From Lama glama (taxonomy: Eukaryota): a DNA stretch of 64,000 nt. The stretch's first letter is position 1, and each line of letters begins with the position of its first letter. Location: positions 10,418,001-10,482,000 of the forward strand of contig CM052832.1 of assembly GCA_028534125.1 (NCBI GenBank), given 5' to 3'. Position numbers and translations under genes: made by a program. The notes under the pieces are model-generated. The model saw only the letters and a list, made by a program, of their open reading frames with translations, was not told where the DNA came from and did not search any database. Shown in pieces: positions 23,382 to 36,150 of the stretch.

Positions 23382-26300
23382 TCAAAGACCCTCTTGGTCA
23401 GACTTCAATTCTGATGCTCCAGGGGAACAGAACATCTTAATCTGCATTTGCAAAATATGCAAATAAAATATTGAAAAAACTGTCTGTTCTACAGATACTA
23501 CAGTCCCTTGAGTCACAAAGCCTCCTTTGTGACCCAGGACAGCATCAAGATATTCCCTGAAAAGAATTTTGAGAGAGGGTAGTGGAAACAAAAGATCTGA
23601 AACCAGCCAATCTGTCCCCATGTCCTCTCCATAGACCCCCCTACAGTCTTTCTTTTCAGCTGGAAGAGCTCTCCAGAAGCCAAGTTCCATTATCCCAATT
23701 ACCCCACCATTTCTTGTGGATCTTGTATTTCATATGGTCCATCTCATAATGACTCCATCTCTTCTGCCTCCATCTAGGTTGTATATGCAAAAAGCCCATC
23801 AGAAAAAAACTCATCACATGCAGGGATTCTCAGTGAGTGCCTGGGAGAGAAGAAAACCTCCCTCGGCTGTTTTTTTTTTTTTTTTAATCGGTGGGTGGGA
23901 AGCATAAATAATTTAAAAATCTACTTCCTTGTAACAGATTCAAACAATTTTTCCAGTCACTGTACAAAGAGGAATTTATGTTTGAACAAGCATTTCCTGG
24001 AAATACTTTAACCAGTGGTATAATTTCTGATAGCTTAGGTGGTAAAGAACAAAGATGAAAAATATGGGGAAAGCTTTTCTGAAATGCCTTTGTATCTGGA
24101 GGGTAGATATCTATTTGATATTTCATAAGTCATGGCTGTTTGCAACCCGTTTACATTCAGATTCTGTTCTTGTGTCTGGTCCTTCCAAACTTGAGTCTAC
24201 CAGCTGTGATCTTCCCTCGCGCAAATTCATGTCCCTCTTATCCCACAAGGGCAGGAGACTCTGGCAATACAGGGGGAAAACCAGGGCCTCGAGAATTTTG
24301 ACACTTGTCTGGGGCTTTCCCTCTACTGCCACTCTGGGGTTCCTCGTCTACAGTCTCTCTGCTACTGTCTGCGGAGTGGAAAGTTTTAATATCCTTCATC
24401 TCTTACAAATTAACACAGAAATTCTGCTGACAAGCCTTACCCTTTCCTAGGTTTAAATCCCAGGGCTCTTGAGCTGTGACAATTTAAATGAGCAAGATTT
24501 CCAAAAACTGATGAGTGAGGTTTTAAATGTCTCATTGAAGCAAGTTGCCAAATCCTCCTTTAAAAACTTCTGTAGGACAAAGTAGTTGGCAGGTAGTTAC
24601 CTGGGGAAGCCCACGTGTGCATGTGCAGTGATGGTGGGGAAGATATCTCTGAAGAGTGATTATAAACCAAAACAGCTGGAAGAAACCTTAGGAACAAATC
24701 CACCAACGGGCACATTATAAGAATGAATAAAACAGAGCTAAGGAAGATTAAGCCATTTGCTTAAGTGATAGTGTCAACTTTAACTTAGGTCTCCTAAGAG
24801 TAGGGCTGAAAAAATATCTAAAGAAATAATGGTTGAAAATTTCCCCAACTTGGTGAAAGTCATAAGCAGAAGGATTCAGGAAACTGAGTAGTCCCAAACA
24901 GGATAATCCCAAAGAATCCTTACCAAGGCTCAGCATAATCAAACTTCTAAAAGCTTGTGAAGAAGAAATATTGAAAGCACCAAGGGAAAAATGACAGCTT
25001 GCCTACAGAATAAAAACAATTTGAAAGACAACAGATTTCTCGTCAGAGGCTATAAGGAAGCGGCACAACATTTTCCAAGTGCTGAAAAAAGAATATAAAA
25101 GACAGATGGGCCAAGTGGATAAAAAAACATGATCCAACTATATGCTACCTACAAGAAACTCACTTCAAATGTATTAATATAGGTAGATTGAAAGTAAAAG
25201 GATTGGAAAAAATAGACCATGCAAACGGTAATCAAATGAAAGCAGGAGTAGCTATATCAATACCAAAAAAAAAAAAAAAAAAAAAAAGGAGACTTTAGCA
25301 AAAGGAGAATTACCAGGGACAGAGAAGGTCATTACTTGATGATAAAAGAATCAACCCACCAAAAAGACATTGCAACTAGAAATGTGAACAGACCAAGGGA
25401 CTGACCTGAAAAATATATAGAACAAAAACTGGTATGTTAAGGGGAAAAAAAGGAGAAAGACAATCCACAATTATGGTTGGTGATTTCAGCACTTATGCCT
25501 CAACACTGATAGAACAACCAGACAGAAAACTGTATCAGCTCTTTCAGGAAGGGTGTATCCCAGGCAGAATCTAATAGATGTTTATAGGACACTCGACCCA
25601 AGAACAGCAGAACACCCGTTCTTAAATGCCTGTGGAGCTCGACCACATTCTGGACCACAGAAATGAACTTAACAAATTTTTAGAAATTGAAATCATACAG
25701 AATGTGTTCCTGAAACTAAAAGGCAAAACAAAGATAAAATGAAAATCTCTAACTGCTTGGAAACTAAGCAACAGCTTAACTAATCCATGGCTCAGAGGAA
25801 GTCTCAAGGCAAAAAAAAAAAATATGTATTTTAAAATATGCTATAAAATATGTATTTATATACACTAAAGCAGTACTGAAAAATAAACTTATAGGACATC
25901 AAGATTATATTAGAAAAGAGGAAAAGTCTCAAATCAATAATCTAAGCTCCCATCTTAAGAACCTAGAAAAAGAACAAAATAAAAATGCAAGGAGAAGGAA
26001 GGAAATAAGAGCAGAAAGTCAATAAAATTTGAAACAGGAAAACAATAGAGAAAACCAGTAAAACAAAAAGCTGCTTTTTAAAGATTAATAAAATTGACAA
26101 ACTTCTAGCAAAACTGACAAAGAAAAAAAGAGGGAGGACACACATTTCTAGTATCAGGAACAGAATAGCAGGTATCACTGCAGATCCCGAAGACATCATG
26201 AGGGCACTACAAATAGCTCCACACATGTAAACTTGACCATTTAGGTGGAATGAACCATTCCTCACAAAGCACAAACTGCCACAAGTTCCCCAATACACAA

Positions 26301-26983
26301 GAGAGAACTTGAGTGCCCTGCCACTATAAAGGAAATTGAACATGCAGGTTAAAAACTCCTGAAAAAGAACTCTCCAGGCCCAGATGGTTTTACTGGCAAA
26401 TTCTGCCAAGCATTTAAAGAATAATTAATACCAATTCGACAATGATCTTTTCCAGAAAATAGAAGAGAAAGGAATACTTTTCACTTAAGAAGCCAATGCA
26501 GGCGTACTTCAGAGTTTTATGAAGGACACCCCCACGTGCCACACTCATTTGATCCTCAGCATCCTGCAAGGCTGGCGGAATGGGACAGTAAGAATAACAA
26601 AGTCCGTTTGCAGGACGCAGGCCTCTATTGTCTTACAGCATTACGTTCTTTTCACCCCCTACCTATCCCAAGATTAAATCCCTCTGTTTCTTTCTGAAGG
26701 AGGTATGCCCCAATGCAAAGCCAAGACTTATTCATATTGATCCTCAATTCAAGGAGTTTTGTTTATCCATTGTTCTCCTTTAATTAGAGAATCATGAAAA
26801 TCACTTAAGTGGATTTATTTCCGATTATTTCTTTTCAGTAAATGTCACTAAATAATTCATGAGTAAGAATTTAACTGATCAAATTGGGCCTCAGAAATAC
26901 CTGCTTTCTGTTTTGTAGTTTTAGAGTCAATAGAAACCAGAGAAAAGTTGAGAGGAAAGATGCGTAAATACGAAATCTGGAGC
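23382..26983 (-). pseudogene. Candidate decayed multi-exon protein-coding gene (exons 26983-26901?, 24569-24441, 23840-23703, 23556-23382); product unidentified
   Basis: Canonical AG/GT boundaries with polypyrimidine tracts; 129- and 138-nt symmetric phase-2 exons splice in frame into an open 57-codon terminal stretch; three in-frame stops in the two symmetric exons; minus-strand AATAAA at 23122-23127. Confidence 0.5.
24803..26498 (+). mobile_element. Decayed L1: ORF1 fragment joined to ORF2 endonuclease/linker region
   Basis: EIMVENFPNLVK (ORF1); WIKKHDPTICYLQETHFK and IMVGDF (endonuclease); PGPDGFTGKFCQAFKE (ORF2); multiple stops and deletions. Confidence 0.95.
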
Positions 26984-27389
26984 CTAGTGGGTAGAAATAA
27001 ACTTAAGTAAAATCGCTCCAGGCGATTGCTTAGCGCTCCTGGAACTTCTACTTAATCTCAGGAAGCACAAGGACACAGAGCTTCTCCTACACCTAACACT
27101 CCTCAGCAGTCTTCAGAATAGTTATAAAAGACAGGGGGGAGGAGGGAGGCTGGTTAAAAAAATGTTATGCAATTCCTTTGTTAACGCTGAGTAGGGGAAG
27201 AAAAAATCTGCAGTAGTCACAATGCTATAAGCAGAAGTTCCAAGTTCCTGTTCAATTGTACATCCAGGGAATTACTCAATAAAAGAGTGTGCCAACTATG
27301 TGTTAGGTGCTGTTCTATAGCCATTTCAAAGTCTGACTTAAAATACTTCCTTTGGAATGGATAATTCATGATTAAAATTTCAAAAATTT

Positions 27390-27930
27390 TAATGTACAAC
27401 TCATGATTGGAAAATTGGAAGTGTACAGTGAAAAACTGCTGGCATTGAGTGTCCCACCCCAGAGGACACTAGCATTAACAGAATCTTTTGTATAGACGTG
27501 GAAGAGTGGGAACAAATGTAAAACATATTCTCATCTACCCTGCACCCTTTTTACAAAATGATGGTTATTTTTCAAAAGAAAGGTTAACTACTGCTGTAAC
27601 CTTTTTCCTCTACTTAGTTCAAAGTGCCTGATTTCAAAGTGCCTGAAGGAATTCCTCCTTCTTTTATGACTGTATAGTATTTCACGATATGCATGTGCTG
27701 GCAATTTAACCAGTCCCCTATACATGGCATTGTTTTAATTTTTTTTGCAAATATAAACAAACTTGTGATAAATTACCTCTTACATGCATCATTTTGGAAC
27801 ATACATATCTAAGATAAATTTTCAGAAGTGCAGTTGCATTTGCATGTTTATAATTTTGATAGCCATTGCCAGCTTGCCTTCCTCACCAAGTGTGTTGCTA
27901 TCAAACTGTTGATTTTTTGCTAATTGTCAG
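27390..27930 (-). mobile_element. Ancient L1 (L1ME-like) 3' fragment
   Basis: ttttatgactgtatagtatttcacgatatg...tttaaccagtcccctat...ataattttgatagccattgcca. Confidence 0.7.
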
Positions 27931-30900
27931 TATCTCAGAATGCTTTGGTTTGGAGGTGGTCCATGACCAACTTTATCATGTGATCTAGCACGTGGTGGCA
28001 CATTTCATCACAGTATCTAAGAATTCTCAAGACCTCAAGAGCAGTCCACAGAAAGCCAAGCAGAATGATCAAACAGAAATACAGGATATGGCTCCCAGCT
28101 GTGAAACAGACAGACAGAAAGATGGTAGGTGATAGTCTAACTAGAAATTGTTGGTATGTCTCTGACCTAGTCCAAAGGTCTATACGCTTTTAGTAATACT
28201 TCAGCAGAAACTTAAATATTGTGTGGAAATGGGTATTACGTTTGCTTTGATTTTGGCTTCTTTCAAAGACAATTCCTAAGTGGCAGTAGGTTTCAGCTCC
28301 CTCATCTCAGTAGGTAAATGGGCCTCACCGCTATCTGTCTGCAGAAGGCAATGGACTTGTTTAACCCAAATATTTAATTGGCATACAGTTGCTCTGACAT
28401 CCGGAGCGATTCTAAAGGTTCTGTCCACATAGCGGGATTTGAATGCTCCGAAATTTGGAATGCATCTCAACATGCATGTCTTAAAGCCAACATATCAAGC
28501 AGATTTTCCTGTCTTTCAGTTCATTTGTTTTCTTACGAAACAAGGATATTGTAACAGTTAGCAGTAACCGTGTCAGCTTGTTCTTTCAGAGGGAGCTTGT
28601 TTTCTTCATCTCGAACAGATGAGGAACTCCATAACAGATGCTGGGCTGTGTTCAACTGTTGCAGAGGAACCTACATTTGCAGGTGTAGGACAAGCTTAAT
28701 GGTGAAACCAAAAACAAATGCAGTAACATTCTCATTTCAGAAGTGACATTATCCAAGTTGTAGTTCTTGTATCTGCCTTTACTGCAGGGACACCTTGGTT
28801 CCAGACTCGGTTTGGCTTGTGTACCTTCTACATCACTAATAAGTTGTTTTTCTAAGAAGTCTGAGTGCAGGGATTGGTGTGCTTCAAGAATCTTGCACTT
28901 TCCCATGTGTTACGGACATATTCCTGCAGCGTTTTAAGGATGTGAGCACAGCTGTTGTCTCCATGGTGCCCCCATGGCTGGGGATAAACAGTTTAAATGG
29001 TGTTGCCTTAGCTCTGACCTCATGTACCGATTCATTTAGTTGAGTCTGTCACTCATCTGCTGAACAGTCGGGGCTAGGACACGGCCTTGAATGCATCTGG
29101 CTTTCGGCTGCCTGGCCAGATCACTTGCACCCGGGTCAGTATCAGAGGTGGTAACAAATCTAATCCTCCAGTGGCAATATGGTTTTTATTTTTTAATCAC
29201 TTAGATTTTAATTTGTTTTTTAGTTTAGCCTCTGCATCCCTTTCCTCAAGGTACCTGGCTCCCTAGTCTAGAAACAAGTATCATAATTTTTTAGTGAATC
29301 CTTGTAGAAACAGTCTATGCATATACAAGCAAGTGCATCCCTAACCCAAAGCACATTCAGCTGTACTTTGGTAATTTTTTGTCAATTGTCACAAATGTCT
29401 GTCTTTAGCACACTCCTTGGGAGCATATGGTCAATAGCCCATACATACGTAACATGTCTTTTAGAGGCTACAAGTTACATCCACAGTATTCCTCTGCAGC
29501 GGAGACCTGGCTCCTTCCTAGGATTTTGGCAGTCCCTACATTATCAGGAACCTACTTATAAAACATCTCCTAAGTGATATCTCCTGGGGATATGTAAAAT
29601 ATTCTTGTTTTGAAAACTCTTAATCATATACAAAAGCAGAAGGTTTTATTATTATCCTGTATCCAGTCTTGTTTCGACTGTCCCTTACTGGATTACTTAA
29701 AAGCAAATCCCTGATCATAATTCATTCTGAGATGACTTTTTCAAAAATGAGTAGGAATACCCATTTTAGAGGGTACAGTTTCCTAATAGCTTTCCCAAAG
29801 CTAGACCCTTACTGTGGCCAGTCCCACAATAACTGTCTACCTCTCTCCATATGGTCACTGACGTAACCCAGAGCTGTTCAGCAGCATTCAGTGTTGAGAT
29901 TTTTTTTCCCCCTAAATAGTTAGAATACAGCCAGAAGGGCTTCAGCCAAAGGGTTAGAAGTGATGAAGGTGGTGCAAAGCATCGAGAACCAGCCCACACG
30001 GAGCGTTCGTAGGAGATGCCCTTTTCTCCATGCAGACTTTGGGAGAGGGTCCCCTTCTTCCCCATTCGCTCAACCTAAACAGGCTGGCTGTACAAGACCT
30101 CCTGACTAATCATGCTTCTTTCTGCCTCATTCCAACTAATAAAGCCATGTAGGAGATCTTTGGAATTTTAGGTTTTTTAAAAATAGCCTACTGAAAACAG
30201 AAGCTGGTGCACGAAGCCCTGGGACTCTTTCCACCGAAGACACTAGGTAGGAAAGACAGGAGATAGTGAACAGAAAAAAGATTAGAGATTTAAACACACA
30301 CACACACAAAGGCTTTAGCTACCGAGACCCTTAGAAGCAGACTAGAGACAGGCTGGGAAAGGTGATGCTTAAATCTATGGCTGGAGTGCAGAGATACATG
30401 TTGGACTAAATGTGTGCGTGGGCAGAACAGGTCGGGGGCAGACTTTGCAGCCTGAACCAGAATGTTGCAACAGTAGCCCTGGACACCAGAACGTACCTGT
30501 ACAATGCTTAAGCACTCACCCGGATATTTTGACAGAAGAGAATTGTGCTGGCTGAGTGAGACTTGACAAATAAGATACTTGCACAGTTGAGTTCCTCGCT
30601 TTTATTATGTCTAGGAAGGTAGGCACCAGAAAGAAAATCAGTTCTATCTGGAGCCCAAATTTTCCAAGAAACGTATTAGGCAGGGTAGCTCTGAGATCCA
30701 GCCAAAGCCCAGGAAGTCACCTTAGGGGAGAGAGGAGAGTATTCTGGACTCCAGGGCAGATCTTTTTTTTTTTTTTTTTAAAGGAAATTAAGGACTACTT
30801 ATCAGAAAAAAACACCTTGAAGATACTGGCTTGTACTGAAAAAAAGCATTTCTGAAAGGAAATTTGGAAGCTAGAAATGGCCTGGGGTACAGAACAAGAA

Positions 30901-33079
30901 CCCAGTCAAGGGATCTGGGCCCAGCAAGACATGTCCAGGTGGAAGTCAGTGGGAGCGCCTGACTCACAGAGGGTCAGAGAAAGGCAGTCTGGAAAAACAT
31001 GCTCTCCTTTTCTTAAAATAGTGTGTTCCCTAATAACCCTGGACTGACTGTAAAAAATCACTATAACTGTATAGATCTAAAACCAGAGGAGGTTTCCTCC
31101 AGGTATGGAAGTGCAGAGTTGAGTTAAACCCTCATTAATCTCCCTCTTCTGGGAAAATGTCAGATTCTGTATTAGTGGTCATTGGAGCCTATTAAACAAC
31201 TTAAATTGGTGTGTGTGGGGGTGGTTCAAGGGTAGATTTAAAGCAGAAATTAGAGCTTGCTGAAGACCAGAGAGCAATGGCATGTCTCCAGCAGGACTAT
31301 TGTGTTTACTAGTGGTACCAAGCGCTGCCAAACTCTGGACTAAAGTGAGAAGACCAGACAAATATTTGCTCATGAAAGAGATACTAATTACGAACATGGA
31401 TTCCGATCTTGTTGGCGCAGCACAAACTGTTCTGGCCACAGGTATTCCATGACCTTGGCTTCAGTATTATATGAGCTAATTCTTCATCTTTGAAGTGTTT
31501 GAGAACTAAGTCTGAGTATTTGTATAAATTACCCATTCTTCATCCCAGTTATTTAAATGCGTTGCTCATTTTAATTTTGAATTTTGATAGCAGGGACTTC
31601 CCCAGCATCACTGCTGGATCAACCTGGAGGTTTGACCTGCCCCTTTCTCTAAGAAACAGCATCCAACAGTCTCACAGTGGTTTCTCAGGTGGTTTGATGT
31701 TTTCAAAAGGTGGTTTTATGGGAGGCTCCAGGATTCCTAGCTGATGCCTGTCACTTGCAAAATAGCAATCACAGTTCTCCCACCTCCTCTGTACTCGTAT
31801 CAAGGTTTGTGACGTCTCTGGTCACTAGAGATCAACTTCAAGCTGTTCTCTGTTTGCAGAAACCTTAAAGTTTCTCCGAATCTTTCCCAAGAACATTCCT
31901 TAACTGCTTTAGTCTTCTACGTGGAGGCTGGTGACACTGGTGACACTTCAGTTTCCAGGGAGGAGAGGGAGTAAGAGTCCTCTTACATACGTTTTGCCAC
32001 CTGAGTTTCTGTGGCAAATTTAACCTTCTTAGTTGAAAAGATGCATTTTGCATCCACCTCATGAATACATCATGTCCCTCGTCAACCTCCCTGATGAGAC
32101 TGGAGGAAGGTGACCACGGCTGCCATATTCAGTTAACCAGCAGACAGTATTCCAAATTTTCAAAAGTTCCAATTTTATCAATAATATATAGAGGTGATGA
32201 CAGACACTAGGTCATTTCCCTTCTCTTTAATCACTCTAGGCAGAACCCACTGACATTGTAAACACACACAAATACAGAATCTTTCATCAGGTCAACCTGC
32301 TTCTTCACTTGAGTGCACTGACATTTTCTGAAGGCTGGTCCCTTGGGAAATTTTTGTCTAATAAGGCTAATATATTTCTTAATGACAACTTGTGAAGTCA
32401 TCCCAGTGGGCTTTGGTACATGACATGGATTCAGAAACAACCACTGATTTGGGGGGCCCAGAAACAAACCATGATCTTCCCCCATCAGGCCTCAAGATGT
32501 GGGTACCCCTGGAGTCCAAACAAGATGTGACTTCCTACCAATTGACACAAACATTGTGATTTTCAGAATTTTCAATTTAGAGTCACTCAGCCAGAGTTAG
32601 CTGAATTAAAAATTGTAATGGAGCTTTTGTTGCGTACCATAAAAATATTTCAGCATGGCGATATACCTTTCTCTTTGCTGCCCTGTCTACTGGCTTTTTT
32701 TTTTTTTTTGGTGTGTGTGAATATTTGAAAAGTACTTTGTAGAGCAACCTAAGTGTCCTACAGTAGTACTGAATTTTTGTGATCAACCTCTCTATGTTTA
32801 GGTTATTTAAAAAATCATTTGGGAAACTTTCATCAGAGCATTCAATAGGGTGCCAAAATACATCCATTTTTAGGGGAAAAAAAGCATTGATTTAAAATGA
32901 GGTTTGTAAACAGGAAGACATTGAAATTTATTCCTGCAAACGCAAGAGAAGAACTGTATCTATCAAAATGGCTACAATAAAAAAATAATGACGGTACCAT
33001 AAGCTGGTGGAGAAACAGAGCCACTCATACATTGCTGGTGGGAATGAGAACTCAAATAGTACGCAAGATTTAATTCTTT

Positions 33080-35545
33080 AACCTTTTAATTTTGAAATGA
33101 TTATAGATTGACAGGAAGTTGCAACAAACCTGCAGAGATGTTCCCTGTACCTGTTGGCTCTCCTCCCTCAGTGATAACATCGTGCATAACCACAGCACAC
33201 CAGCAAGTCTAGGAAAGTGACATCGGTACTGTCCACAGCACTTACTCAGATTTCTCCAGTTTTACGTGTGTTCATTTATGTATGTGTATAATTTTATGCA
33301 ACTTTATTACATGTGTAGCTTCATGGAACCACCATTATGGTCAAGGCACAGAACTATTTCATCACCACAAGGCTGCCGTGTGTCACCATTCTAGAGCCAC
33401 ACCAGCTCTCTTACCCCCATTCCTAACCCCTGGCAAGCACTATAATTTTGTTATTTCAAGAATATTCTAGAATGTTATTCACCATTTTACAGTGTGCAAG
33501 CGTTTGAAATTGGCTTTTTCCACTCAATATAACTCCCTTGAGACCTGTTGAAGTTCTTGAGTGTATCAGTGGTTTGCTCCTTTTAATAACTGAGTACATT
33601 CAGCCCTCTATATCCAAAGGTTCCACATCCTCAGGTTAAAAATATTAGAAAGAAATTTCAGGAAGTTCCAAAAGGCAAAACTTGAATTTGCTGCAAGCCA
33701 ACGACTATTTCCATAGCATTTATGTTGCATTTACAATGATTTCCATACCATGTATGTTGTATTAGGCTTTATAAGCAAGCCAGAGATGATTTAAAGTATA
33801 CAAGAGGATGTGCGTAGGTTATATGCAAATACTACACTTATGCCATTTTATATAAGGGACTTGAGCATCCTCTGATTTTGGTATTCTTGGTTGGGGGGAG
33901 GGTGCGGTTCTGGAACCGGTGCCTGGCGGATACTGAGGAATAACTATAGTAGGATTGACTGTGCTGCAGTTTATTCAACTCTTTCCCCATTAAAGACATC
34001 TGGGTTGTTTCTGGTATTGGCAAATTTGAATAAAACTGCTGTGAACATTTGTGGAAAGGCTTTTGTGTGAACATAATTTTCATTTCTTTGAGCTAAATTC
34101 CCAAGAGTACAATGATTGAGTGATATAGAAACCGCATGTTTAGTTTTAAAAGACATTGTCAAACTCATTTCCAGCGTGGCGGTACATTTTACATTCCTGC
34201 CGGCGATATTTGAAAATCTAGTTTCTCTTCATCTTCACCAGCATGTGGTGGTGTCAGCCTTTCTGATAGGTGTGCCGTGATAGCTTACTGTGGCTTTAAT
34301 TTGCGTGCATCTAATGGCTGATGGTGTTTATGTGATTGCATGTGCTTATTTTTCATCTGTGTGTCCTCTCTGTCCTTGTATGTTGCTCCTTTTCTAACTG
34401 GACTGACATTTTTCCTCTACTGTTGAGTACTGAGAGTTATTTACATATTTTACATACAACAGCTCTGTTGAATACGTGGTTTGCAATTATTTTCTCCTGG
34501 CCTGTCGCTAATCTTTTCATCCTCTAAAGAGGACCTTGGGCAGAGCAAAACTTTTAATTTTGTTGAGGTCTAAATTACCAATTTTTTCTTTTATGGATCA
34601 TGTCACATCTGAGAACTCTTCATCTACTTCTAGATCCCAAAGACTTCCCATTCTTCCCCTAAAAGTTTTATGATTTTATGTTTCATGTTTTACATTTAAA
34701 GCCATGATACATTTTGACTTAGTTTCTGTATAAGGTGTGAAGTTGAGGTTAATGCTCATTTTATTTTTGCCTGTGAATGTCAGTTGCTCCAACACCATTT
34801 GTCGAAAAGGGTATCCTTTCCCATTGAATTGCTCTGGCAGCTTTGTCAAAAATCAGTTGAGCACATTTGTATGGACCTGTTTCTAAGTTCTTTGTTCTAT
34901 TTCATTGGTCTGTCTAGATACCACCCAAACCATGCTGCCTTGATCACTGCAGCCATACAGTTAGCCTTAACATCAGGTAGAGTGATTCCTCCCACATTAT
35001 TTTGCTTTTACAAAATTTGCTTTGGCTATTCTAGGTCCTTCCCTTTCCATGTAACCTTTAGAATAAGCTTGTGTATGTCTACAAAACACCTTTTGGGGAA
35101 TTTGATAAGAATTGTATTAAATCTATAGATCAGTTTAGAGAAAACTGACATCTTTACCATATTGAATCGTCCAGTCCACAGAGTCTCTCTCCATTTACTT
35201 GGGTCTTCTTTCATTTCTGTTATCTGTATTTTGTAATTTTTCAGCATATAGATTCTATGCCTGTTTCGTTGGATTTATACCTCAATAGTCCATTTTATTT
35301 GGAGCAATTATAAGCTGTAAGGTGTTTTTAAAATTTTGATGTCACCACGCTTGTTGTTCGTACATAGTAATGCAGTTGATTTTTGTGTGTTTTCCTTGTA
35401 ACCTGCAACCTTGCCAAACTCAATTATTCTAGGAATTTCTGGTAATTCCTTTGGATTGTCTATGTAGGCAGTCATATCACCTGCAAATAGAAATGGTTTT
35501 ATTTTTTCCATTCCAATGTATATGTTTTTCTTTTTTTCCCCCAAG
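33080..35545 (-). mobile_element. L1 (L1MC-like) ORF2 3' half plus 3' UTR, interrupted by MER2
   Basis: Minus-strand peptides LFAGDMTAYIDNPKE (decayed RT LFADDM motif) and KWRETLWTGRFNMVKMSVFSKLIYRFN; L1 3' UTR at 33080-33590. Confidence 0.93.
33597..33946 (-). mobile_element. MER2-type Tigger MITE nested in L1
   Basis: gagatgatttaaagtatacaagaggatgtgcgtaggttatatgcaaatactac...ccattttatataagggacttgagcatcc; TA at 33595-33596 and 33947-33948. Confidence 0.9.
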
Positions 35546-35856
35546 ATTTAAAGTTGTATAATTGTCTCCAGTTATAAGATGAATAAATCCTAGGGCAGTA
35601 ACGTACAACATGATACATATAGTTAACACTGCTGTATGAGAAGAGAGTAAGTCCTAAGAGTTCTCATCACAAGAAAAATTTTTTTTCTATTTATTTGATT
35701 TTGTATCTACACGAGATGATGGATATTCACTAAACTTATTGTGATAATCATTCCATGGTGTATTAGTCAAATCAGTCTGATGGACAGCTTAAACTTGCCA
35801 CAGTGCTGCAAGTCAATTATGTCTCAATAAAACTGGAATTAGAAATAAAAAAGAAA
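35546..35856 (+). mobile_element. L1MA9-like 3' end
   Basis: ccagttataagatgaataa...agagttctcatcacaagaaaa...gtcaattatgtctcaataaaactggaa followed by an A-rich tail. Confidence 0.85.
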
Positions 35857-35861
35857 GAGCC

Positions 35862-35958
35862 AGACATGCTGCTAAACATTCTACAATTCATAGAACAGTC
35901 TCCCCACAGTAAGAAACTATCCAGTCTAAACTATCTTAGTGGAGACTGAGAAACCCTG
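35862..35958. mobile_element. MER20-like fragment
   Basis: atgctgctaaacattctacaattcatagaacagtctccccaca...tgagaaaccctg. Confidence 0.7.
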
Positions 35959-36150
35959 ATTTATCCTCTAAAAATCATCTCTATGACAGGGCATAGATGA
36001 GAACTCTATGTACTTCCCGCTCAGTTTTGCTGTGAACTTAAAAAGGCTCTAAAAAAACACATTTATTGATTTAAAAAGTTAGGTTCTATAATTGTGCCTG
36101 GGAGTATGTGAACTTGTTTGAAGAATCGTTGGATGAAACTCCTGTTTTTA

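Noticed and set aside
23400..23840. Scattered resemblance to the TASOR/TASOR2 C-terminal domain (KIH, CDSR, LQMQ)
   Set aside because: Motifs fall in different frames and their spacing does not match the recalled proteins; likely coincidence
23936..24050. Plus-strand exon-like stretch (RFKQFFQSLYKEEFMFEQAFPGN)
   Set aside because: Isolated, with no partner exons on the plus strand; lies in the intron of the better supported minus-strand chain
27618..27646. Tandem duplication ttcaaagtgcctga x2
   Set aside because: Real, but an ordinary short duplication inside an old L1
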